64,000 bases of DNA, taken from assembly GCA_965248265.1 (NCBI GenBank), contig CBDFJF010000002.1, positions 2,190,699-2,254,698 of the forward strand, read 5' to 3'. Shown in pieces: positions 56,981-64,000 of this stretch. Source of the DNA: Candidatus Latescibacterota bacterium. GTDB taxonomy: Bacteria > Latescibacterota > UBA2968 > UBA8231. Both the position numbers and the translations under genes were made by a program. Under the pieces are notes generated by a model. The model searched no databases. It was given only the letters and a program-made list of their open reading frames with translations, and was not told the DNA's origin. Each line of letters starts with the position of its first letter. The stretch's first letter is position 1.

Positions 56981-57592
56981 TTATGACATACGGTTGGCCT
57001 TGGGTGAGCCGACCACGTAGTCGCCGCCGCTGGCCTTGGCTTGGTAGAGGCGGTCGCAGAGTTCGTTGTAGAGCTTGTCCGTCGTCTCGCTGATCTTCAC
57101 TTTATCTATCTCACCAGTTATTTCGGCCGTGCCTACGCTACACGTCATACCCTTGAATTCAACCCCGTCGACGCTGAAGCTCTCATCTCTAAACAGATTT
57201 TTTACCGTCGCGGCACGACGCTTGGCATAGCCTTCGGTTTTAGTCGGGATCACGATGGCGAAGTTGGCGCCGTCGCAATGGTAGAGACGCTCACCGGACT
57301 CGAGTTGGTTCTTAAAAAATTGAGAAAACTGTTGGATGAGGTGGTCGCCAACGACCCGGCCATGGCCTTGGTTAATATCGCCGAGTTTATCGGGACAGAT
57401 CAGCATGCAGGCGAGGGCGAAGGTCGAGCCCTTGTCCTTGATCAGCTCTTTGGGCAAGACGACCTGGAAGAGCATCAGATTGTTGGGCAACTTGGATAGA
57501 CGGTTGACACCAGCCAACCGCATCCACTTCCGGTTTTCTTCCTCGAGTCGTTGGACGCGGGCTTTGAGCTGATTGAGAGATTGCTCGGCCAT
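56981..57592 (-). CDS. coiled-coil + degenerate GGDEF-domain protein (CDGAN in place of GGDEF; probably non-cyclase)
   Basis: 203 aa. N-terminal QLKARVQRLEEENRKW coiled coil, then GGDEF-fold blocks: ACMLICPDKLGDINQGHGRVVGDHL (the D-x-D...GD pocket), RLYHCDGANFAIVIP (in place of RYGGDEFaillP), MTCSVGTAE, DRLYQAKASGGDYVV. GC content is visibly lower (~52%) than in the flanks. Confidence 0.6.
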   Translation of the reverse strand: MAEQSLNQLKARVQRLEEENRKWMRLAGVNRLSKLPNNLMLFQVVLPKELIKDKGSTFALACMLICPDKLGDINQGHGRVVGDHLIQQFSQFFKNQLESGERLYHCDGANFAIVIPTKTEGYAKRRAATVKNLFRDESFSVDGVEFKGMTCSVGTAEITGEIDKVKISETTDKLYNELCDRLYQAKASGGDYVVGSPKANRMS

Positions 57593-57706
57593 GGAGTTCT
57601 CGTTTGCGCTCTGCCTTGCGGATTACTGACACCGATGACGAGAATATATCGCTGCTGATGGCGTGCATCAAGATGTGATCGAGCGCAAGGAAGCGCATCC
57701 CTATCA

Positions 57707-57744
57707 GGGCTCTTGAGGGCGCCATCCTCTATCAGCAAGAGCCC
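57707..57744 (-). terminator. GC-rich hairpin (9-bp perfect stem GGGCTCTTG...CAAGAGCCC, 20-nt loop) 7 nt downstream of the sulfatase stop
   Basis: Seen directly in the sequence. There is no U-tract, so this is a terminator candidate only, as is common in high-GC genomes. It also lies upstream of the GGDEF-like gene and could be an operator. Confidence 0.3.
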
Positions 57745-57751
57745 GAAGCAT

Positions 57752-59182
57752 TCACTGGCCGAACCCTCGAAAGCCAGGAACGACTCCCAATTCCTCGCGC
57801 AGCCCAAGGCATTCCACCTCCCACTGATCCACGCGCCGCCGCAGATCCGAGACCTCCGGCGGCTCCCGGCGCTTCCCGCTGCCGACCAGGTTCACTAGTT
57901 CCCCCGGATCCTGGAGCAAGTCGTAGGCCTCGTCACCGTAGTCTGGGTCTCGAACGTAGGAGAATGCCGCGGTGCGTACCCCCTGTACAAGCCCGGGATG
58001 CCTGCCGGCCAGCGGCAGGCCCGACGGCATCGTGGTCCCCAGCGAGCCGTGATACTCACCGACTTGAGCGAATACCGCATCGCGGAGAGGTCCGCGCAAC
58101 CCGCCCCGGAGCCATGAAACCAGATCGTGGCCCTGCGCGTACGCGGGGACCGGTGCACCGGCGAGCGTCAGTATGGTCGGGAACAGGTCCACGTGGTCTA
58201 CCAAGCCGGTAACCCTGCCGCCTCTGTTCCACTGGATATTCGCGGGAGGAACGATGATCAGCGGAACGTGAAGCAGACACTCGTACAGGGATTCGGTCTT
58301 GGTGAAGAGACCTTTCTCGCCGGCATAGTCGCCGTGATCAGAGCCGATAATGATCCAGGTGTTCTCGAGCAGTCCTCGTCGACCCATCTCTTCGCACAGG
58401 CGGCGCATCTGCGCATCGGCGTAGGCCAACATTCCCAGGTATACTGCCACCATCTTCACGATGTCGTTTTCAGTCGCCTTCTCCGTCCCCATCTGCTCGC
58501 GGGCCATGATCTGCCACTCTGGCCGGCCGCTCCCACCTTGCGCCGGAAGATCTACCGAGTCAGTCCGCACGAGGGTGTCATACGGTGGACTCGCAAAGTA
58601 GGGAGGATGCGCCTCGAGCAAGGCGAGGTGCAGGAAGTAGGGCGCGTCCGTCGATTCGATGCCGTCCAGTGCCTCGATGGTCCTGGAGACCAGCCGGTGG
58701 GCATGGCCCTCCTCCGGGGGATATTCCAGGGTGCCTGAGGACCACCCGACGTCCGAGTCTCCGTGTGAATACCAGAGCTTGAGTGCCTCGCCGACCGGGC
58801 CGTTCTCCTTCATGCTGATCTGCTCCTGCCATCCGCGCGTCAGCTCCCTGTCGTGCTCGTAGTGTCCCACCGCCGCGGTGTAGTAGCCCTGGCTGTCGAG
58901 CAGCTCGGAGAGCTGCGGCAGATTGTCCGGTGCCCGGTTCTGGTGACAGGTCACCTGGTGGACCAGGGGATGAACACCGGTGAACACCGACGCTCGGGAG
59001 GGCGTGCAGATGGGGCTGGTGGAGTAGGCCTGCTCGAACGACGTCCCCCGAGCTGCCATGGCGGTCATGAACGGGGTCGGAAAATGAACCCCGGAGGCCG
59101 AGGCCTTTTGCTGGTCGGTCATCAGGTAGAGGATATTGGGACGGTTGCCTGCCCCGCGTCCGCGGCTGCGCTCAGGGGCCAT
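57752..59182 (-). CDS. arylsulfatase-family sulfatase (formylglycine-dependent)
   Basis: CTPSRAS (C-x-P-x-R) motif and NILYLMTDQQ. No signal peptide, so apparently cytoplasmic. Confidence 0.8.
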   Translation of the reverse strand: MAPERSRGRGAGNRPNILYLMTDQQKASASGVHFPTPFMTAMAARGTSFEQAYSTSPICTPSRASVFTGVHPLVHQVTCHQNRAPDNLPQLSELLDSQGYYTAAVGHYEHDRELTRGWQEQISMKENGPVGEALKLWYSHGDSDVGWSSGTLEYPPEEGHAHRLVSRTIEALDGIESTDAPYFLHLALLEAHPPYFASPPYDTLVRTDSVDLPAQGGSGRPEWQIMAREQMGTEKATENDIVKMVAVYLGMLAYADAQMRRLCEEMGRRGLLENTWIIIGSDHGDYAGEKGLFTKTESLYECLLHVPLIIVPPANIQWNRGGRVTGLVDHVDLFPTILTLAGAPVPAYAQGHDLVSWLRGGLRGPLRDAVFAQVGEYHGSLGTTMPSGLPLAGRHPGLVQGVRTAAFSYVRDPDYGDEAYDLLQDPGELVNLVGSGKRREPPEVSDLRRRVDQWEVECLGLREELGVVPGFRGFGQ

Positions 59183-59319
59183 TTTCAGCTATTCCTTTGG
59201 CAAACTTGGTTCAAAAACACCCGCCGAGCACCCCCGCGTGCGACCGCCGTGCTGAGCGGCCCGAGGGCACGCATGCGCCAGGTCTAGCTGATCATACACA
59301 CTACTCGGTTTGCTGCGCG

Positions 59320-60267
59320 TCAGCCGTCTTGGTCCGAGGTGGCGAGTCGGAAACCCACAGTCTCCCGCGTATGCGTCTCCGGCGCGCTGCTGCGATGCGT
59401 CGTGCGTACATTGGGTCGAGTCTCGCCGAAGAACCCCCCGCGGATCACTCGTTCCTGACCGCCCTCCGGTCCTTTCGGGTTAACGGCCGGACTGAACTGG
59501 TAGTAGCTCTCTTCGTAGTAATCCCAACACCACTCGTAGACGTTGCCAGACATGTCCCAGACTCCGAACGGGCTGCGGCCCAAAGGAAACTCGTCGACGG
59601 GCAAGGTCGTGCCCACCATGTTGTTGGAGTTGCAGCGCTCGCCATCAACGAATCGGTTGCCCCAGGGGTACAGACGTTCATCGTCGCCGCGCGCCGCAAA
59701 TTCCCATTCGGCTTCGGTGGGCAATCGAGCGCCCATCCAGTCGGCGTACGCTCTGGCATCGTGGTAAGAGACGTTGACGACAGGATGCCGCGCCAACCCG
59801 GCGGGATAGGTTCCCCTCTGCCAGTGGATCGGTGTGACTTGACCGGTGCAATTGACGAACTCGCGGTAGTCTTGGTTCGTCACCGGATAGGTGTCGATGT
59901 AGAAGGAGGATAGTTGGACCAGGTGAGAGGGGCGCTCATTGTCCGGTGAGTCTTCCTCGCGGCCCCCCATCGAGAACGAACCTCCTTCGATGTGGATCAT
60001 CCTCCTCTTGTTGGCTTCGGGCAGCAACTCTACCCGGGCCTGCTCGAGCTCCTCCATCTGCAGATCAACATCATCCTGACGACTCATTATCTGAACAACA
60101 TCCTCTTTGATCTTGCCCAAACGCACTTCCATTTCCCGCCGCCGAGTCTCCTGGTGGTCGATCGCCTCCATAAGCTTCTTCGACGGTTTGTTAAAATCTA
60201 GCAGGAGCATGACAAAGTACAGACTGACAGCACAGGTCAATATCCACCACATCCAGCTGTCAGCCAT
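59320..60267 (-). CDS. formylglycine-generating enzyme (SUMF1/FGE) family protein with N-terminal TM helix and coiled coil
   Basis: FGE-sulfatase domain blocks (RGGSFxxxxxxxRxAxR-like tail ...VIRGGFFGETRPNVRTTHR; WEFAARG; NVYEWCWD). N-terminal MADSWMWWILTCAVSLYFVMLLL is a TM helix followed by a heptad-like charged segment. Confidence 0.8.
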   Translation of the reverse strand: MADSWMWWILTCAVSLYFVMLLLDFNKPSKKLMEAIDHQETRRREMEVRLGKIKEDVVQIMSRQDDVDLQMEELEQARVELLPEANKRRMIHIEGGSFSMGGREEDSPDNERPSHLVQLSSFYIDTYPVTNQDYREFVNCTGQVTPIHWQRGTYPAGLARHPVVNVSYHDARAYADWMGARLPTEAEWEFAARGDDERLYPWGNRFVDGERCNSNNMVGTTLPVDEFPLGRSPFGVWDMSGNVYEWCWDYYEESYYQFSPAVNPKGPEGGQERVIRGGFFGETRPNVRTTHRSSAPETHTRETVGFRLATSDQDG

Positions 60268-60625
60268 AACTGATTTCTCCTGTAGGGATCTCGTCCACTA
60301 ACGCCAGGTATTTTCAGAATACCGTAAGCGCTTGTTTTCATTGGTGCCCGAAGTCCGGACTCGAACAGGCACGGGCTGTTATGCCCAACGGATTTTAAGT
60401 CCAAAATCGACCCTTGTAGGCCGCTGGGCAAGATCCAACTGAGCCACTTCTGACTCGATCCGTCCGCTGTCCCAATCCTCCACAGTAGCAATGCGCGGGC
60501 CGCCGGTCACGTGAATGTGACCGACGGAGCGCACGATGTGGGCGGCGGCCTCGTGGTTGTGGGTCCCCGCCCTCATCGGATCCAGGTAGAACGCGCTCGA
60601 AGGCCTCCTCGAGCCGTGGCCTTCG

Positions 60626-61804
60626 CTAGGCGCGCTGCGGCCGCACCGCGAGGGCAAGACTCGAAGACCACACCAGCGGCGCCACAGTCGTGGCGGCCAT
60701 GGCCCAGCGCAGTCCGACGAAATCCGCCGTCATGCCGAAGGCGACCGGTCCGGTGAGGGCGCCGAGCAGACCCACGCTGTTGAGGGTGGCGAACATGGCA
60801 CTGCCGGCCGTCGGGAAGCGGTCCCCGGCATGGCCGTTGACCGACGGATAGATGCCCGATACGGCGAAGCCGAGCACGGAAAGCCAGGCCACCACGGCGA
60901 GTGGGTGATCGTGCCAGGCGGCCAACGGGGCGCTGATCAGGCAGGCCAGGCCGGCGGCGAGGACGACGGTCCGCAATCCGAAACGGCGCACCGCACGTGG
61001 CATCGTCAATCGGCCCACGGCCATCACCAGTGCGTAGACCAGCAGGCCGACGGCGCCGAATGAGCGGCTGCTGCCGATGCCGATCTCGAGATAATAAGGC
61101 AGCCATTGGGCGGCAGTCACTTCGGTGATGGTCGTGAAGAACAGACCCAGGATCAGAAGTTTGAAGCTCGCGTGACGGGCTATCTCCCAGAACGAGATGC
61201 GCTCGCCCGACCGTTCCGCTCGCGCCGCCCGCCGTCCGGGCATGCATTTGAGCAGGGCCACAGGCGCATACAGCAACATCAAAACGGCGAACAGTCCGAA
61301 GAGGCTGCGCCAACCGACGTCGAGTTGGTAGGCCACCAGCACGAGCAACAGGATGACGCACACGCCGATATACCAGCTGGCGTGGTGGATGCTGGCGACG
61401 CGGACGCGATTCTCGGCATACAGGTCGCACACGAGAGCCGTCATCGGCGCCGACACCATGCCGCGCCCCAGTCCCGTGATCGTGCCTCCCGCCAGCGCGT
61501 GCAGTGGCTCGCTCGCCGCCGCGACGAGGACGAGACCGGCGGCCTGCAGCAGCGAGCTGACCAGCATCTGCAATCGGTACCCGAGCCGATCGACCAGCCA
61601 CCCGGAGCCGAGGCTGGTGAGTGCCGAGCTGCACACGGGCGAGCTCAGGAACAGTCCCTTGTACAGCTCGGTGTCCATTCCGAGTTCGGCGGCGATGACG
61701 CTGAGGCACGAGGCGGCCCCCAGCATCATCATGCTGCCGGCGGCCATCGTGTAACAGGCGACGGCCAGGATGATCCCGCGCGAATCCGGCGCGCATGGTG
61801 TCAT
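60626..61804 (-). CDS. MFS transporter
   Basis: 12-TM pattern. Start MTPCAPDSRGIILAVACYTMAAG (ATG 61804); the track start 61918 is rejected. Confidence 0.75.
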   Translation of the reverse strand: MTPCAPDSRGIILAVACYTMAAGSMMMLGAASCLSVIAAELGMDTELYKGLFLSSPVCSSALTSLGSGWLVDRLGYRLQMLVSSLLQAAGLVLVAAASEPLHALAGGTITGLGRGMVSAPMTALVCDLYAENRVRVASIHHASWYIGVCVILLLVLVAYQLDVGWRSLFGLFAVLMLLYAPVALLKCMPGRRAARAERSGERISFWEIARHASFKLLILGLFFTTITEVTAAQWLPYYLEIGIGSSRSFGAVGLLVYALVMAVGRLTMPRAVRRFGLRTVVLAAGLACLISAPLAAWHDHPLAVVAWLSVLGFAVSGIYPSVNGHAGDRFPTAGSAMFATLNSVGLLGALTGPVAFGMTADFVGLRWAMAATTVAPLVWSSSLALAVRPQRA

Positions 61805-61865
61805 TCTCTCCGATCCCCTTGATTTGCCCGACGGAAACGTTGTCTGATCACCAGCCCGGCAGCTG

Positions 61866-62624
61866 TCAGAGCTTCCCCTCCGCTTCCCGCTGGGCCGCAA
61901 GCTGCCTGCGGTAGGCATCCCGCCGCTGTGTGTCTATGATGGCGCGCTTTGCGTGATAGACAAAACCGAGTGCAGTTCGGGGCCGATCGCTGGGATTGGC
62001 ATCGGCGCGGTGGATGATCAAACTGTGGTGGACGATGAGATCCCCGGGCTCGACGATCATCGACACCTCGGCGGCAAAATCTTCATCGCCGAAATCCGTG
62101 ATACCCTGAGAGAACCCGATGACCCCGCTCCGTCTGTGAGGTCTCAAACCGCGCCGGTGAGAGCCTGGGATATAGCGGATGCAGCCATTCTCTTCGTCTG
62201 CGGCGTCGATCGCCAGCCACATCGTCAGCGCCTCGTTCGGCTCCAGCATGAAATAGAACCCGTCCTGGTGAGGCGGGGTCGCCTGGCCGATCCGCGGTGG
62301 TTTGCTCATCCACTGCATCGCCGACTCTCGGGCTCCGTCCAGGAGGTGATGGGCAAGTCCGAAGAACTGTTCGTCGTTGTAGAGCTCGTTGAAGTAGTCG
62401 TCGTGCTCCGCCATCGCGCTCAGGCGCATGATGGTCTCGGTATCGTCCTTGACTTCGTAGAACGCCTCGTCATTCGGCAGCCCTGGCAATACGTCGGTCA
62501 CGTAACGCTCGACATTTTCGCGCACCTGTGCGGTTTCCTCCGCACTCAAGTAGTTGCGCAGGATGATGTACCCATCCCGGTCGAAGTCCCGTTTGATCTT
62601 TTCTGCGTTCTGTTTCCAGTCCAT
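61866..62624 (-). CDS. phytanoyl-CoA dioxygenase (PhyH) family oxygenase
   Basis: MDWKQNAEKIKRDFDRDGYIILRNYLSAEE... ATG at 62624. Confidence 0.75.
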   Translation of the reverse strand: MDWKQNAEKIKRDFDRDGYIILRNYLSAEETAQVRENVERYVTDVLPGLPNDEAFYEVKDDTETIMRLSAMAEHDDYFNELYNDEQFFGLAHHLLDGARESAMQWMSKPPRIGQATPPHQDGFYFMLEPNEALTMWLAIDAADEENGCIRYIPGSHRRGLRPHRRSGVIGFSQGITDFGDEDFAAEVSMIVEPGDLIVHHSLIIHRADANPSDRPRTALGFVYHAKRAIIDTQRRDAYRRQLAAQREAEGKL

Positions 62625-62744
62625 AGCGATTCGCCTCTGCGATATTCTTGACCACATTATTTGCCTGAAGGTTGCCGAGTTGCTGCGTTTACGCAAACGC
62701 CGCGAGAAGAGGTCTCACTTGGTACTGTGCCGAGACTGCGTCAC

Positions 62745-62776
62745 TCTTGCTGGCGGAGCACAGTGGCTATAATACT
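62745..62776 (+). promoter_or_regulatory. candidate sigma70-type promoter (CTTGCT - 16 nt - TATAAT) for the 62861 gene
   Basis: cttgctggcggagcacagtggcTATAATact is read directly from the sequence. The divergent intergenic region (62625-62860) between the PhyH gene and the hypothetical gene is comparatively AT-rich. Confidence 0.3.
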
Positions 62777-62860
62777 CAGACGCGAGCGACGTACCGTGTC
62801 TGCCAAGCCGCCAGACGCGGGTCGTCGCAGTGGTTTTTACCAAAACAGCCGAGGTGTCCC

Positions 62861-63421
62861 ATGCTGAATGAATATCAGGAATTCAACTATCACACCATCA
62901 GAAGCTTCACCACGTATGCCTGCAAGGTGGACGACGACACCGTGGAGAAGGAGATCAGTTTTCACGTCATGCTAGGGCCCCACACCGAGCGCAAGCAGGA
63001 CACGTTTCCGGTTTACCGCATACCGGAAGGCAAGATGGTGTGGCTGAGCGACTGGTCGTTCAATGCGGGGAATGTCAAATGTCCCGAGCTCTCCGTCGGC
63101 GGCAGCCTCGGCCGAATTTGCGGTGAAGGTCGGTACATCTACGTCCTCAACTGTGCCCTGGAAGCCGGCGAAATGGAGATCTTCTCGCCAGCGCGATCGA
63201 TCCGCTACCTGGCCGACGAATGGTTGGCAGTATGCTTTCACCACATGGGGGTTCCCATGGATCTGGGTGTTCGCGCGACTTTCCGGTTCACGGAAGTCGC
63301 GGGCCCCGACAAACCCTTCGAGACCGAAACCTTCAACTGGCAAGCCAGGACTGAAAGTGAGCGCTTCCCTCCGGCACACATGGCGAAGACAGCATGTTAT
63401 CACCAGCGGGCTTCTATCTAA
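62861..63421 (+). CDS. hypothetical protein (186 aa)
   Basis: ATG 62861 with a GAGGTG RBS: [26 protein letters not shown]... The 63 codons upstream in the track ORF are low-complexity. Lower GC (~55%). No family recognised. Confidence 0.45.
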   Translation: MLNEYQEFNYHTIRSFTTYACKVDDDTVEKEISFHVMLGPHTERKQDTFPVYRIPEGKMVWLSDWSFNAGNVKCPELSVGGSLGRICGEGRYIYVLNCALEAGEMEIFSPARSIRYLADEWLAVCFHHMGVPMDLGVRATFRFTEVAGPDKPFETETFNWQARTESERFPPAHMAKTACYHQRASI

Positions 63422-63736
63422 GACAGCTCGAGGGGAGTCAGGGCTTCGATCTCGGCGGCCTTGTCACTCTGCAGGCCAAGCCAAAAATCAGCGGGCATAC
63501 CAAGTAGCCGTGCCAGTCTGAGCGCTGTATCGGGCGTTACCGAGCGGCGAGCCTTGATGATCTCATTGAGACGAGGAAAGGATACGCCAAGACGAGCGGC
63601 GAAGGCCGTCTGCGTGATGCCGAGAGGCTCAATGAACTCCGCCCGCAGCATCTCTCCCGGATGGGTCGGCGCGCGTTCGCTAGGCAGGCGGCGCGAGACA
63701 GGCGCGTTTGCCCGCTTAGTGGTAGTCGATGATCTG
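63418..63736 (-). CDS. higA: HigA-family antitoxin (XRE-type HTH)
   Basis: [98 protein letters not shown]... is a near-consensus HigA (PGEIL.EEFLEP.G.SQ..LA..LGV...R.NEI..G.R.ITADTALRLA..FG....FWLNLQ). The GGAGG RBS lies inside the 3' end of higB. Confidence 0.7.
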
Positions 63737-63978
63737 GACTTCGTACGCATGGCCATCCTCCCACGGAAACAGATACGATATTGTTGGTTGATCCGAATGC
63801 TGTATTGACCCCGACGATCTCCACGCAGCGACTCAAGTCGGTTCCTGGGAGGAATCGATAGATGTCGAAGATCCCGAATCCGATTGATCTGATCGAGTTT
63901 ACGTCGCGCAGTTGTCCATAGCGTGGATGGACAGACGGCACGTGCTGCCCGTGAGTTTCGAGAATGCGTCGTCGACAA
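63696..63978 (-). pseudogene. higB: higB (RelE/ParE-superfamily toxin) with a 1-nt frameshift
   Basis: The frame from TTG 63978 reads ...[46 protein letters not shown]. The conserved HigB C-terminus [15 protein letters not shown] is present but in the -1 frame, ending at TAA 63698-63696. One base is missing relative to an intact ...RICFRWEDG... junction near 63741-63746, so the track reports a single 186-aa HigB'-HigA fusion ORF. Confidence 0.55.
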
Positions 63979-64000
63979 CGCTTCTCGTTGTAGAACTCGA

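Noticed and set aside
60340-60425. Possible tRNA gene (T-loop-like GTTCGAGTCC followed by CACCA) on the minus strand
   Set aside because: No acceptor or D stem pairing can be drawn for either orientation. T-stem pairing is 3/5 at best. It is kept only as a structured-element observation.
63418-63978. Single 186-aa ORF at the right edge
   Set aside because: It is a frameshift-generated concatenation of higB (N-terminal 70 codons) and higA, so two features are reported instead.
1-64000. CRISPR arrays, rRNA genes, integron attC sites
   Set aside because: No regularly spaced short direct repeats, no rRNA-like conserved stretches and no integrase were seen on either strand. All repeats found are long (77-235 bp) and few in number.

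Overview
This is a high-GC (roughly 63-65%), densely coding bacterial chromosomal segment. Identifications come from reading the six-frame translations and matching family motifs from memory; no searches were run.

Content: the window is dominated by an accessory island for catabolism of carbohydrates and sulfated glycans. It holds a GH2, a GH127-like gene, a BNR/sialidase-like gene and two paralogous heparinase II/III-like lyases. There are three paralogs of a GH43/130-like beta-propeller family, one of them a frameshifted pseudogene. There is also a 1,281-aa multidomain glycosidase-like protein and an arylsulfatase followed by a formylglycine-generating enzyme. Further sugar and redox genes are a DHDPS/NAL-family aldolase, an amidohydrolase, a xylose-isomerase-like TIM-barrel gene, three Gfo/Idh/MocA oxidoreductases, two aldo-keto reductases (AKR) and an SDR. 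Four phytanoyl-CoA-dioxygenase (PhyH) paralogs, an MFS transporter, a fused MFS/spermidine-synthase gene and two paralogous ~660-aa polytopic membrane proteins complete the set. The left end carries unrelated housekeeping-type genes: a partial 3-hydroxyisobutyrate dehydrogenase (HIBADH)-family dehydrogenase, a carboxymuconolactone decarboxylase (CMD), a VOC-family gene and an LLM oxidoreductase. No rRNA, tRNA or CRISPR array was found.

Architecture: the island is a recombination mosaic. (1) A 235-bp direct repeat occurs twice with 234/235 identity (13955-14189 and 20782-21016), exactly at breakpoints that truncate an enolase-superfamily gene, a T9SS-CTD gene and a heparinase-like gene. (2) A second repeat family is shared by the 3' ends of heparinase paralogs and by the region abutting the start of the 1,281-aa gene. 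(3) A ~130-bp direct repeat pair flanks the fused MFS/spermidine-synthase gene, next to a C-terminal pseudogene fragment of an IS91-family (rolling-circle) transposase. The whole block is bracketed by a ~125-bp duplication of the 3' end of an aldo-keto-reductase gene. (4) There are at least eight gene remnants: a PQQ-propeller N-terminus, a heparinase C-terminus, an enolase C-terminus, a T9SS C-terminal sorting domain, an ASPIC/UnbV C-terminus, an AKR C-terminus, a VOC-like C-terminus and a frameshifted GH43/130-like gene. (5) A higBA toxin-antitoxin pair at the right edge has a 1-nt frameshift in higB, creating a HigB'-HigA fusion ORF. (6) A lower-GC islet carries a small coiled-coil protein with a degenerate GGDEF domain (CDGAN in place of GGDEF).

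Most interesting: the two uncharacterised 660-aa membrane paralogs, each with a small translationally coupled upstream ORF; the repeat-delimited segments that look like remnants of undescribed mobile or recombination units; and the clustering of PhyH dioxygenases with sulfatase and lyase genes.

Lineage hint: the T9SS C-terminal sorting-domain remnant suggests an FCB-group (or allied candidate-phylum) organism, but this is an inference only.
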